Source of the DNA: Longimicrobiales bacterium
GTDB taxonomy: Bacteria; Gemmatimonadota; Gemmatimonadetes; Longimicrobiales; Gaopeijiaceae
Reading direction: 5' to 3'
DNA: 64,000 nt
NCBI GenBank assembly: GCA_965249725.1
Contig: OZ252251.1
Location: 288,001 to 352,000, forward strand
In this document: piece by piece, positions 47,307 through 60,248 of the stretch
Numbering within the stretch: position 1 is the stretch's first letter
How the letters are laid out: the number at the start of each line of letters is the position of its first letter
The notes under the pieces: model-generated
What the model saw: only the letters and a program-made list of their open reading frames with translations
What the model was told of the DNA's origin: nothing
The model's database searches: none
Program-made: the position numbers and the translations under genes

Positions 47307-49574
47307 ATGGACCGTCGTAGCAAAGCAGCCTTGGACTATCATACCAAGGGCCGCCCTGGCAAAATAGAAGTCATTCCCACCAAGTCACTGGGCACGCAGA
47401 GGGAGTTGTCCCTCGCATACAGTCCCGGTGTGGCGGTGCCGTGCCTCGAGATCTACGAGAAGCCGGACGACGTTTTCAAGTACACGGCACGGGGCAATCT
47501 GATTGCCGTCGTGTCGAACGGTACGGCGGTGCTGGGTCTGGGCAACATCGGTCCCTTGGCGTCTAAGCCCGTCATGGAGGGCAAGGGCGTGCTGTTCAAG
47601 AAGTTCGCTGGCATCGACGTGTTCGACCTCGAGGTCGGCTCGGAGGATCCCGAGGACGTCATTCGGTTCTGCGAGCTGCTCGAGCCGACCGTAGGCGGCA
47701 TCAATCTGGAGGACATCAAGGCTCCGGACTGCTTCGTCATCGAGAGGCGACTCAAGGAGTCGATGGACATTCCGGTGTTCCACGACGACCAGCACGGAAC
47801 GGCCATCATCGGCGCGGCGGGGCTCGTGAACGCGCTGGAGCTCGTGGGCAAGAAGGCGTCGGAGGTCACGGTCGTCTTCAGCGGGGCCGGCGCATCGGCC
47901 ATCTCCACTGCCGAGCACTTCACTCGCCTCGGTGTTCCGCGTGAGCACATCCTCATGGTCGACAGCAAAGGCGTGATCTACGAGGGCCGCGAAGAGGGCA
48001 TGAACGAGTACAAGGAGCCCTTCGCGGTGCCGACGGACCGGCGGACCCTGGAAGACGCCATGAACGGGGCCGATGTGTTCATCGGCCTTTCGGTTCGCGG
48101 GTTGGTAACCAAGGAGATGGTCGCCTCGATGGCGGAGCGTCCCATCATTTTCGCTCTGGCGAATCCAGATCCGGAAGTGACGCCCGAAGAGGTGGCCGAG
48201 GTGCGCGACGACGCTCTCGTTGCTACGGGCCGCTCGGACTATCCGAACCAGATCAACAACGTGCTCGGTTTTCCGTTTCTGTTCCGGGGCGCTCTCGACG
48301 TGAGGGCTCGTGGCATCAATCAGGAGATGATGCTGGCCGCGACCTATGCTCTGGCGAATCTGGCGAAGGAGACGGTGCCCCAATCCGTCACTGCGGCCTA
48401 CGGCGGCGAGCACTTCGAATTCGGCCCCGAGTACCTGATCCCCAAGCCGTTCGACTCTCGAGTGCTCTTCCATGTCGCCCCGGCCGTCGCGAAGGCGGCG
48501 ATCGAATCAGGCGTCGCACGCGAGACCATCGACCTCGCGGAGTACGAGGACCGCCTCAAGGCGAGCCTGGGACCCAGCGGCAACGTGATGAGGGGTGTCG
48601 TCGCTCGTGCGAGAAAGCGGGCCATGCGGGTGGTTCTTACCGATGGCTACAACGAGCGCGTCATCCGGGCGTGCCAGCAAATCGTGGAGGACGGGATCGC
48701 GGTCCCGATCCTCATTGGCCGCGAGGAGAAGATCAGCCAGATCTGCGAGACCCACGGTCTCGATATCACCGGTACCGAGATCGCACACCCCACGATGGAC
48801 GAAGACGTACGCCACCGATACGCGGAGGAGCTCTACCGATCACGAATGCGGAAGGGTCTGACCCGCGCCGAAGCCCGGGCCAGGATGTACCAAATGACCT
48901 ACTTCGGAGGCGTGATGGTTCGTTCTGGTGATGCCGACGCCATGGTCGCGGGCATCGAGTCGCACTATGCCGAACTCCTCCGGCCGGCTCTGGAGATAAT
49001 GGGCACGGCGGAGGGGGTCCGGCGGGTGGCCGCCATGTACATGGTGGCGCTGCGTGACCGAGAACTACTCTTCTTCGGTGACACCGCAGTGAATATCGAC
49101 CCTGATGCGGAGACCCTTACGGAGATCGCGCTCCATACGGCCGGATTCGTCGAGAAGCTCGGCATCGTCCCACGCATCGCCATGCTCTCCTTCTCGAACT
49201 TCGGCTCGTCCCGCCATCCCAAGTCGACGAAGGTCCGGGCGGCGGTGGAACAGGTGAAGGAGGCTCGTCCGGATCTTGAGGTCGATGGTGAGATGCAGGC
49301 CGACACAGCGGTCAATTTCCGACTCCTGCGCGAGCACTATCCATTCAGTACGCTGACCAAGGCCGCCAACGTCCTCATCTTCCCGAACCTGGCTTCGGCC
49401 AACGCGTCCTATAAGCTGTTGTCGGAGATTGGAGGGGCAGAAGTGGTCGGTCCTATCCTGATGGGAATGAAGCATCCGGTACACTTCATTCAGCGGGGGT
49501 CGACCGTCGAGGATATCGTGAATCTGGTAACCCTCGCGGCGGTGGACGCGCAGGCCCGATCTAAAGAGAATTAG
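47307..49574 (+). CDS. maeB: NADP-dependent malic enzyme with PTA-like C-terminal domain
   Basis: [46 protein letters not shown], and PTA-domain motifs SFSNFGS and DGEMQAD. Confidence 0.97.
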   Translation: MDRRSKAALDYHTKGRPGKIEVIPTKSLGTQRELSLAYSPGVAVPCLEIYEKPDDVFKYTARGNLIAVVSNGTAVLGLGNIGPLASKPVMEGKGVLFKKFAGIDVFDLEVGSEDPEDVIRFCELLEPTVGGINLEDIKAPDCFVIERRLKESMDIPVFHDDQHGTAIIGAAGLVNALELVGKKASEVTVVFSGAGASAISTAEHFTRLGVPREHILMVDSKGVIYEGREEGMNEYKEPFAVPTDRRTLEDAMNGADVFIGLSVRGLVTKEMVASMAERPIIFALANPDPEVTPEEVAEVRDDALVATGRSDYPNQINNVLGFPFLFRGALDVRARGINQEMMLAATYALANLAKETVPQSVTAAYGGEHFEFGPEYLIPKPFDSRVLFHVAPAVAKAAIESGVARETIDLAEYEDRLKASLGPSGNVMRGVVARARKRAMRVVLTDGYNERVIRACQQIVEDGIAVPILIGREEKISQICETHGLDITGTEIAHPTMDEDVRHRYAEELYRSRMRKGLTRAEARARMYQMTYFGGVMVRSGDADAMVAGIESHYAELLRPALEIMGTAEGVRRVAAMYMVALRDRELLFFGDTAVNIDPDAETLTEIALHTAGFVEKLGIVPRIAMLSFSNFGSSRHPKSTKVRAAVEQVKEARPDLEVDGEMQADTAVNFRLLREHYPFSTLTKAANVLIFPNLASANASYKLLSEIGGAEVVGPILMGMKHPVHFIQRGSTVEDIVNLVTLAAVDAQARSKEN

Positions 49575-49650
49575 GGGTATATCGGCCCACGGCGGTCGGT
49601 GGCTTGATTGACGTTGAGCTCTACAGAGAGAAGGAATAAAGGACCGACAA

Positions 49651-51273
<1,623 letters not shown>

Positions 51274-51316
51274 GGGGAACCCGGGTGGTGGGCGGTATCA
51301 TGTCTGATATCAACCG

Positions 51317-52480
51317 TCAGCCTCTCTTGCGGCTACCCACAACCACCGCCGCGCCGGCGCTGGCCAGGACGGTGAGCATAGTCAAAAGGACGGACAGTCG
51401 GTCGGTCGACGGGCCCGCCCTCTGAGGCCCCTGTTGAGCCTGCGCCCAGCGCATGGTCCATTCGACTATCGGTTCTCCGAACGCGGCCAGGAATGCCTGG
51501 TCGGGGTCCTGCTCGGACGTCCAGAACCGGCGAAGCCGCTCCACCCCGAACTCTTCCTCCAGATCTGCCATCCACCAGCTCTCGGCATCGCCGAACCGGC
51601 CCCTTGCTCCGTCCTCATGTATCCATAGAGGAAGTTGAACGAAGGCCTCTCGCCTCGTGTCCCTGTGACCATGGACCAGGTTCCGGCAAGCCACGGTCCG
51701 ACCGGCGAGGCATCCTTCTCCGGCGATGACGCTGCTCCCGGGGTACGTCTGTCTCCACATGCCCCACATCGCCCGATGCTCAGTCATCTCGGCGGGGAGC
51801 TGCTCGCCCAACCAGCGGTTCTCAGCCAGTGAGTATGCTCCCTCGTCGCGCAGCCATCGATCGATCCCCGGTCCCGGGGCGCCGTAGGCCAGATAGAGTC
51901 CGCACACTCCCAGTATCCCCGTCGGGTATGGCGCGGCTTCCGGTGCCCAATCGCGTAATACGCGGCTCAGGCTTTGGCTGCCGACGTCAGCGAATCCTCG
52001 AACCACGACACAGACTTCCCGCTCATCCACTACTCCCGCGAAGTACTCGGACCCGAAGACGCTCCACGCCCTCCTCAGCGACGGATGGCCCCCGGCCTTC
52101 TCATGCACAAGCGCAACCCCGACCAGCACATGGGGGTCGAGTGTCTCTACCAGCTGGACCTCATGTCGCACGGCGGTGTGAAGTCGCTCCATCATTTCAG
52201 TAGAGGCCATGTCTGGAAGTGTCACGACGAAAGGTTCCGTGACCCCACCCTCCGCGCGGACCAGGCCAATCAGGGAGTCGCCTACCAGGGTCCGAGCGAT
52301 GACCTCGTTCACCCTCTGGGCTTCGAGCCCGATCCGGCGCGCCTCGCGCCGTTCGGGGGTGAGCTCTGCCCGGCGGTACCCGTCCGAGAACCGGTCCTGC
52401 GTTGGGGGCAACAGCCAGATAGCGGTCAGGACACAGCCCAGACCCAAGAACGAGATCCAGCGCCTCATGCTAGTCGCCAT
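51317..52480 (-). CDS. hypothetical membrane-anchored protein (N- and C-terminal TM segments, Cys-containing extracytoplasmic domain)
   Basis: Long ORF, last gene of the GntR/ABC operon, with hydrophobic ends. ATG at 52480 follows GAGGAG. Confidence 0.75.
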   Translation of the reverse strand: MATSMRRWISFLGLGCVLTAIWLLPPTQDRFSDGYRRAELTPERREARRIGLEAQRVNEVIARTLVGDSLIGLVRAEGGVTEPFVVTLPDMASTEMMERLHTAVRHEVQLVETLDPHVLVGVALVHEKAGGHPSLRRAWSVFGSEYFAGVVDEREVCVVVRGFADVGSQSLSRVLRDWAPEAAPYPTGILGVCGLYLAYGAPGPGIDRWLRDEGAYSLAENRWLGEQLPAEMTEHRAMWGMWRQTYPGSSVIAGEGCLAGRTVACRNLVHGHRDTRREAFVQLPLWIHEDGARGRFGDAESWWMADLEEEFGVERLRRFWTSEQDPDQAFLAAFGEPIVEWTMRWAQAQQGPQRAGPSTDRLSVLLTMLTVLASAGAAVVVGSRKRG

Positions 52481-53598
52481 CGAGTACTCCTCATGGAAAT
52501 AGCGGCGAGTATGAGCAACCATGCGAACGACGAGAGTCGGCTCGGCACTCCCCCTCCATCGACGGGGGGCCGGGCAGCGATGACGGCCTCACGCCACGAG
52601 GTGATGAGTGCGTCGGGGGCAACGCGCGCAGCTGCGGCGAGCCTGTCTCTGATCGCTCCATCCGCGCCGGCCAATGCCTGGAAGGAGCCGGGTCCCCCGA
52701 GAGACAGAGCGTGTGCGACCAATGTCATTCGTGCGGTGGTGTACAGCGGGATCGCCTCGTCGTGTTCCCAGGACGACATGAGCTCCAAGCAGGGGTCGTC
52801 CAGATGGCGCTCCACACAAGCGCCGACTTGTGGCGAGTCTTCCAAGAGTGCGTAGCGGTCGGCGACGAAGGCGATACGGTCGTCTGCATCATACCAAGAC
52901 GTCGACCACTCCGACTGATGATCCAGGCCCAATGCGTCCCAGCACCGTGTCAGGACGCCGTGGTAGCAGTCTGCTACGGCGCTGGATCGGGTCATGACCA
53001 GTTGCCGATAGGTCCACTCCAACTCCTGATCAGGATCCGACGGAAGGAAGAAGCCGCCGGTCCATCGAGCCAAGTCCTCCGGGAGGCTCTGATTGAGCAC
53101 GACGCCCATTCGCTTGCTGACGAAGCTTTCTCTCGATCCGGGGGCCCACCTGGCGTCCACGACGGTGGCGTCTTCGATGCCCAGATCCGGATCCCTCCAG
53201 CGCGAATCGGTCTTGCCCAAAAAAGAAAAGAGGTGGCGATCCAGGGGACTGGGGGCGGTACCGACGATCTCGGAATAGCCTGCCCACGCGTGATCGAAGT
53301 ACTTCTTCGCGGTCCGCGCCTCGTCCTTGGAAGCGATCACGAAGAAGGGGCCGACCTGGAGCGTGTCGATCGCATTGTCGCCAGCGAGCTGCTCGTGCCA
53401 ACGAATCGAATCCCGGACGTTTGCTGCATGGTTGGCCTGCGTGCTGGCTTCCCTCAACGAATCGAGGCGGGCTGTGAGCCTCGACAGGTCAGGCTGTCCC
53501 TCCTGGGCCGCCGCGTGGCTCGTGGTGCCGAGTACGAACGCCGCGAGCAGCCCCAGCCGAAGTGCGCGCCGAATGTCGGGGTGCGCGGCCCTACACAT
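52465..53598 (-). CDS. hypothetical exported protein with C-terminal TM anchor and paired cysteines
   Basis: Signal peptide ...SHAAA-QE and a C-terminal hydrophobic helix with basic tail. ATG overlaps the permease stop. Confidence 0.75.
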   Translation of the reverse strand: MCRAAHPDIRRALRLGLLAAFVLGTTSHAAAQEGQPDLSRLTARLDSLREASTQANHAANVRDSIRWHEQLAGDNAIDTLQVGPFFVIASKDEARTAKKYFDHAWAGYSEIVGTAPSPLDRHLFSFLGKTDSRWRDPDLGIEDATVVDARWAPGSRESFVSKRMGVVLNQSLPEDLARWTGGFFLPSDPDQELEWTYRQLVMTRSSAVADCYHGVLTRCWDALGLDHQSEWSTSWYDADDRIAFVADRYALLEDSPQVGACVERHLDDPCLELMSSWEHDEAIPLYTTARMTLVAHALSLGGPGSFQALAGADGAIRDRLAAAARVAPDALITSWREAVIAARPPVDGGGVPSRLSSFAWLLILAAISMRSTRWRLA

Positions 53599-54271
53599 CG
53601 ATCAGGTTCCAGTTGCCGAAGAACACCTCGAAGGGGCCTGGCCACTCCGTCACGACTTGCGTCACCCATACGCCCATGCTCCACTCGAACTCGGGGGACA
53701 GGGTCGAGATGAATTCGGTTACCGCGTCGCCGCCGATGAGCAGGATCGGCACCCCAGCGAGGATGATACTGGTTGTGCGGACCGTTCCGGAGGCCATCGC
53801 GAAGAGGAGTCCGTAGACGATCGCTGCGGCCATCAGGAATCGCGTGGTCAACGCGGCCGGATAGGCATGGAGGCCCGCGGGGAGATCGAGACTTCCGGCC
53901 GCAAGGAAAGTACCGGCCCCCATGGCCACTATCGGGAGAGTCAGAAGGAGACCACCGGCCCCCATCTTGAGCAACACGTACTTCCATCGCGGGACAGGCA
54001 ACGAAAGCGAGTACACATGCTCGGCGCGGTGATCCCAATTCCATGCGTTGAGGGCGAGTACGACTCCGACTACGACGGCCAGGCTCGGGAAGAGCGGAAG
54101 CCAGATCTGCCAGCTGCCGAAGATCTCCTCGGCACGAGCCGCCGTGGACGCGTCGCTTGGAGGCGCGAGATCCTGCACCGCCAGCAACGGCAGCGCGAAC
54201 GACACGATCGCCATCGGGAGCAGCCCGAGCCGGACCGACTTCCACTGGGTGTAGAGAATCTGTTGAAACAT
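53591..54271 (-). CDS. ABC-2-type permease-like membrane protein
   Basis: About 5-6 TM helices and DHRAEHVYSLSLPVPRWKYVLLK, resembling the ABC-2 loop motif. Follows the ATPase gene. Confidence 0.78.
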   Translation of the reverse strand: MFQQILYTQWKSVRLGLLPMAIVSFALPLLAVQDLAPPSDASTAARAEEIFGSWQIWLPLFPSLAVVVGVVLALNAWNWDHRAEHVYSLSLPVPRWKYVLLKMGAGGLLLTLPIVAMGAGTFLAAGSLDLPAGLHAYPAALTTRFLMAAAIVYGLLFAMASGTVRTTSIILAGVPILLIGGDAVTEFISTLSPEFEWSMGVWVTQVVTEWPGPFEVFFGNWNLIDV

Positions 54272-54275
54272 GGTT

Positions 54276-55184
54276 CTACCCTCGGCTCGGGTTGGGACGG
54301 GAGGAACGAAGGAGCTCGACGAAGCCCTCTTCGAGGTCCAGGTCTATGATCTCCCTGACTGTGGCTCCCACACCGTCGAAGTATTGCGTCATCGGATGTT
54401 GCCATCCTCGCACAATCCAAGTTTCTCCTGCCGCCAGGCCGTTACTCGAGCTGCGGGCAAGGAGGACGAACGGGGTGTCACCGGCTGTCGCGGGGGCGTC
54501 GGTCACACGAATACGCTTGATGCCGTTCTTGAAGCTCTGCATAGGCAGCTCTGCCACGAGTTCTCCGTCGTCGAGCACGCCGACCCAATCGCAGATTCGC
54601 TCCAACTCATGGACCAGGTGGCTCGAGATGAAGACCGTGGCTCCCGCCGTCGACACATAGTCCAGGACGGCCGTTAGAACCTCTCTCCGCACGACCGGAT
54701 CGAGACCGTCCGTCGGCTCGTCCAGCACGAGCAAGTCCGGCTTCTGGGCGAGGGCTTGGACGATCAAGAGCTTGCCGGTCTCGCCCTTGGAGAGGCGCCC
54801 GATGCGTTGGTCGTGCTTCAGCCGCATGCGGCCGAGCAACTCATCGGCCCACGCCTGGTCGAACGTCTTGTAGAAGGCCGAGTGGTACCGGATCGACTCC
54901 TCCACCGTGAGAGCCTCGTAAAGGTGAGGGCTTTCCGGCACGTAGCCGACCTTCGCCAAAGCCCGCGGCGCATCCTTCGGAATCGCATAACCCAGGACCG
55001 AGATTTCTCCGCGGAGCGGCCGGTGCATTCCGGTGAACAACCGAATCGTCGTGGTCTTCCCTGACCCGTTGGGGCCCAGGAATCCGTAGATCGATCCGTA
55101 CGGGACCTTCACGGTCAGGTTGCGGATCTCGAAGGACTCCCCGGCCTTGTAGCCGACGTCCCGCAGCTCGATGGCGTTACTCAT
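54276..55184 (-). CDS. ABC transporter ATP-binding protein (YtrB-like)
   Basis: GPNGSGKT, LSKGETGK, LDEPTDGLDP and ISSHLVHELERICD. Start is 55184 or 55193. Confidence 0.92.
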   Translation of the reverse strand: MSNAIELRDVGYKAGESFEIRNLTVKVPYGSIYGFLGPNGSGKTTTIRLFTGMHRPLRGEISVLGYAIPKDAPRALAKVGYVPESPHLYEALTVEESIRYHSAFYKTFDQAWADELLGRMRLKHDQRIGRLSKGETGKLLIVQALAQKPDLLVLDEPTDGLDPVVRREVLTAVLDYVSTAGATVFISSHLVHELERICDWVGVLDDGELVAELPMQSFKNGIKRIRVTDAPATAGDTPFVLLARSSSNGLAAGETWIVRGWQHPMTQYFDGVGATVREIIDLDLEEGFVELLRSSRPNPSRG

Positions 55185-55560
55185 TGGATCCATTGTGGAA
55201 CTCGCTCGAGAGGGCCTGTCTCAGAATGTCACTGGAGATCCCCATTCGGGCCGCGTCGCTCATCAGATGTCGCACGAGCTTGCGGCCCTGCTCCTCCAAC
55301 TCCTCGTCCCTGTACTTCACCGGCACTTCCTCGACGAACGTTCCGGCTCCGTGACGCATCGACACGAATCCTTCCGCCTCCAGGTCGCGGTACGCCTGTA
55401 CCACGGTCGCCGGATTGACACGCAAGAGCGCAGCGAGTTGGCGTACCGAGGGCAGTGGTTCTCCCGGTTGGACTTCTTCCGAGGCCACGGCCAGGCGGAT
55501 GCGCCCCGCTATCTGCTCGTAGAGCGGTGTGGGGCTCCGTGGGTCGATGTTATCGAACAT
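55177..55560 (-). CDS. GntR-family regulator, YtrA subfamily
   Basis: PLYEQI...PGEPLPSVRQLA...VNPATVVQAYRDLEAEG...GAGTFV with a very short C-terminal domain. First gene of an ABC operon. Confidence 0.93.
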   Translation of the reverse strand: MFDNIDPRSPTPLYEQIAGRIRLAVASEEVQPGEPLPSVRQLAALLRVNPATVVQAYRDLEAEGFVSMRHGAGTFVEEVPVKYRDEELEEQGRKLVRHLMSDAARMGISSDILRQALSSEFHNGSNE

Positions 55561-55580
55561 TGAAGACGTTTCGACAGAAA

Positions 55581-55628
55581 GTGTATTAGTGTACCAGCAC
55601 ACTATGACACATCACTATCAGTTGTCAA
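55581..55628 (-). promoter_or_regulatory. promoter (TTGACA-16-CATAGT with extended TG) overlapping a YtrA-type imperfect palindromic operator
   Basis: Minus strand TTGACA at 55628-55623 and CATAGT at 55606-55601. Palindrome GTGTATTAGTGTACCAGCACAC at 55581-55602. Confidence 0.7.
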
Positions 55629-55741
55629 GCATGATGTTCTAGGCGTAATCTCCGAGCCCGTAGATCGGGGGAGCCGCTCGGGAATCACCGAGCAGGCCAA
55701 GGAGACCCCTCCCCGCATCCCAACCCGAGCGAAGAGTGACC

Positions 55742-56200
55742 ATGCCCAAATCCTACTGGCTCATGAAGAGCGAGCCTCACGTCTACTCGATCGACGACCT
55801 CAAGAAGGACAAGACGACCTATTGGGAGGGCGTGCGGAACTATCAGGCCCGCAATCACATGATGGCGATGAAGAAGGGTGACGACGTGCTCTACTACCAC
55901 AGCCAGCAGACGCCTCCGGGTGTGGTGGGAGTAGCCCGCGTGATCAAGGAGGCTTACCCGGACTTCACCCAATTCGACAAGAAAAACCACTACTACGACG
56001 CCAAGTCCAACGAAGAGAAACCGCGCTGGTGGATGGTAAACGTACGGTTCGTGAAGAAGCTGAAGTCGGAGGTGTCCCTTCACGACATCAAGGCCGTGAA
56101 GGCGCTCTCCGACATGGTCCTGGTGAACAACTCCAGGCTCTCGGTCCAACCGGTCCGGAAGAAGGAGTTCGACGCCATCCTGAAGATGGGCGGGGGTTGA
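55742..56200 (+). CDS. EVE domain protein
   Basis: YWLMKSEP, WEGVRNYQARN, YYHS, YYDAKS and SRLSVQPV. Confidence 0.95.
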   Translation: MPKSYWLMKSEPHVYSIDDLKKDKTTYWEGVRNYQARNHMMAMKKGDDVLYYHSQQTPPGVVGVARVIKEAYPDFTQFDKKNHYYDAKSNEEKPRWWMVNVRFVKKLKSEVSLHDIKAVKALSDMVLVNNSRLSVQPVRKKEFDAILKMGGG

Positions 56201-56279
56201 AGGCGCAAATAGCTCGCAGGAACGACCCTCAGACCCTTAGATTGCCGTCTCGAATGATCTCGTTGAATGGAGGAGTGCC

Positions 56280-57188
56280 GTGATGGTCGATGTCAGATTC
56301 CAACTTCGCGCTGGTGCAGTCGCAGGACTGCTGGTATTGGCGCTCACGCCCGTGCCGGTGGCTGCCCAGGGCATCCCCGACGAGTTCACCAACCTCGAGC
56401 TGCTGCCGGACGACATCAGTCGGCGCGAGATCACCAGTGTCATGCGGGGCTTCACCCGGGCGCTCGACGTGCGGTGCTCCTATTGCCACATGGTCTCTGA
56501 CGACCTTGAGTCGGCCGACGACGACTTCGCCTCGGACGACAAGGAGACGAAGGTGGCTGCCCGCCTCATGATGACCATGGTCGCAGCCATCAACGGCGAT
56601 CACCTGCACGAGCTTCCCCACGAGCATGCGCCCGCCGCGGCGGAGCATGACGAGGGAGCCGAAGAGCATGAGCACGCAGAGCCCGAACCTGCGGAGCATG
56701 AGCACGAAGAGGGTGTCGAGGAGCATGAGGACGAGGCGGCCGAACCCGTCGCGACGGCATCGGCAGCTGCGCAACATCGGGAGGTAAGCTGCGCCACCTG
56801 CCACTCGGGGATGACGCGACCTGCTACACTCGTGCAGGAACTCACCTGGGCGGAGCAGGACGGGGGCCTCGATGCCCTGCAGGCGCGGTACAACGAGTTG
56901 CGTGACGAGTACTTCGGCCGTGGCGCGTACGACTTCGGTGCGCGGTCCTTGGTGGACGTGGCTCAGGCCTTGGTCCGGGACGACGCCGACGCGGCCATGA
57001 CGGTCGTGGACCTGAATCTCCAGCACCATCCGGAGTCGGTACCGACCTGGAACCTCAAGGGGCAGATCCACGCCTTCGAGGACCGGACGGATCAGGCGAT
57101 CGAGGCGTACGAGAAATCCCTCCAGATCGCACCGAACGATGAGCAGGCGACCGAGGCTCTAGAGCGACTCCGGAGCGGAGGCCCCTAG
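56280..57188 (+). CDS. exported dihaem c-type cytochrome (reaction-centre-cytochrome-like domain) with His/Glu-rich insert and C-terminal TPR
   Basis: Signal peptide, NLELLP, M..F..ALDVRCSYCH, K..AR.MMTMV..IN, VSCATCHSG and TPR-like QAIEAYEKSLQIAP. Confidence 0.85.
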   Translation: MMVDVRFQLRAGAVAGLLVLALTPVPVAAQGIPDEFTNLELLPDDISRREITSVMRGFTRALDVRCSYCHMVSDDLESADDDFASDDKETKVAARLMMTMVAAINGDHLHELPHEHAPAAAEHDEGAEEHEHAEPEPAEHEHEEGVEEHEDEAAEPVATASAAAQHREVSCATCHSGMTRPATLVQELTWAEQDGGLDALQARYNELRDEYFGRGAYDFGARSLVDVAQALVRDDADAAMTVVDLNLQHHPESVPTWNLKGQIHAFEDRTDQAIEAYEKSLQIAPNDEQATEALERLRSGGP

Positions 57189-57304
57189 GCCACCGGCTTT
57201 TGTGAGGAGGCGTCCCCGAGGGAGGGGGCGCCTCCATCCACTCCCAACCACTGGGATTGACACACCCCACGGGAGTCCGCCCCCCCTGGAAGGCGACCAC
57301 CATC

Positions 57305-58840
<1,536 letters not shown>

Positions 58841-58901
58841 TCGGCAGCCGTCTTGATCGGATGGGGGCTCCGCGGCCCCACGCCACAACCATGGAGGTAG
58901 G

Positions 58902-60224
58902 ATGGAGACCAGCGGAGCGGAAACGATGTTGAAGAGCCAGGCCGTCATGGCGGGGCAGAAGGAGTACATCTTCCCAGCCGTGAAGCCTCTATACGACGAT
59001 CCGGTCGTGTTGGCAGAGGGCGACGGCGTGAGAGTGCGGGATGTAGACGGTGAGGAGTATCTCGACCTGTTCAGCGGCATCCTCACGACCTCGGTGGGGC
59101 ACTGCAATCCGAAGGTCGTGACCCGCTCCCAGGAGCAGATGGCTCGCCTCGGCCATACGTCGACGCTCTACGTGACCGAGCCCCAAGTAGAGGCCGCCCG
59201 GAGGCTGGCCGACATCGCGCCGGGTCAGCTGAGCCAGACCTTCTTCACGAACTCGGGCACCGAGGCCATCGAGACGGCCATCCACATGGCCTGCCTGCAT
59301 ACGGGCCGGACCGAGATCATCGCTCTGAGGCAGGCTTACCACGGCCGCAGCTTCCTCGCCACCAACATTACGGCGGTGAGCGTGTGGCGGCCCATGGCCA
59401 CCACGTTCCCGGGCATCAAACACACGCTGACCCCCTACCCTTACCGGTGCCCGTTCAAGCAGCCGTGCGACGAGAGCTGTACGGACGCCTTCGTGAACGA
59501 TCTCGAGGACGTCATCCGGACGACGACCAACGGCCGGCCGGCCGCGTTCATCGCGGAGTCCATCATGGGTGTGGGCGGGTACATCATGCCGCCCCCTGGA
59601 TATTTCGAGCGGGCCGCCGAGATCATCCGGTCGCATGGCGGGCTCTTCATCTCGGATGAGGTGCAGTCCGGCTTTGGCCGATCCGGTGACCGCTGGTTCG
59701 CCATCGAGCACGCATCAGTAGAGCCCGACATCATGGTCATGGCGAAGGGCATCGCAAACGGAGCGCCGGTAGGCGCCACGATCACACGTCCGGACATCGC
59801 CGCGTCGTGGGAAGCAAAGACGATCTCCACGTTCGGAGGCAGCCCGGTATCCATGGCCGCCACCGCAGCCACGCTTGAGGTCATGGTGGAGGAGGACGTG
59901 CCTCAGCGCGCCGCGGAGCGTGGAGCACAGCTATACGCCGGGCTCATGGAGCTTTACGCGCGCTTCCGGTGGATCGGCGACGTTCGCGGGATGGGCCTGA
60001 TGCAGGCGATGGAGTTGGTTGAGGACCCGGACACAAAGGAGCCGTCTCCCCAGAAGACGAAGGCGCTGCTGGAGGCCGCCAAAGCGGAGGGTCTGCTCAT
60101 CGGCGTCGGAGGCCTGCATGGCCACGTCATCCGCATCGGGCCGTCCTTGCTGATCACCGAGGCCGAGATGGCCGAGGGGCTGGAGCGCCTGGAGCGGGCC
60201 TGTCACCGGGTCGAGGGCGCTTAG
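58902..60224 (+). CDS. class-III PLP aminotransferase (AGXT2/beta-alanine transaminase-like)
   Basis: YLDLFSGI, FTNSGTEA, AYHGRS, SDEVQSGFGRSG, PDIMVMAKGIANG and STFGGSP. Confidence 0.92.
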   Translation: METSGAETMLKSQAVMAGQKEYIFPAVKPLYDDPVVLAEGDGVRVRDVDGEEYLDLFSGILTTSVGHCNPKVVTRSQEQMARLGHTSTLYVTEPQVEAARRLADIAPGQLSQTFFTNSGTEAIETAIHMACLHTGRTEIIALRQAYHGRSFLATNITAVSVWRPMATTFPGIKHTLTPYPYRCPFKQPCDESCTDAFVNDLEDVIRTTTNGRPAAFIAESIMGVGGYIMPPPGYFERAAEIIRSHGGLFISDEVQSGFGRSGDRWFAIEHASVEPDIMVMAKGIANGAPVGATITRPDIAASWEAKTISTFGGSPVSMAATAATLEVMVEEDVPQRAAERGAQLYAGLMELYARFRWIGDVRGMGLMQAMELVEDPDTKEPSPQKTKALLEAAKAEGLLIGVGGLHGHVIRIGPSLLITEAEMAEGLERLERACHRVEGA

Positions 60225-60248
60225 TGTCGGCACGCGGATGCTGAGTAC

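Noticed and set aside
55742..56200. EVE protein as a modification-dependent restriction system
   Set aside because: Stand-alone EVE domain with no fused or adjacent nuclease or ATPase.
56280..57188. Evidence of phototrophy (pufC)
   Set aside because: Only two haem motifs, a TPR fusion, and no puf, bch or crt genes nearby.
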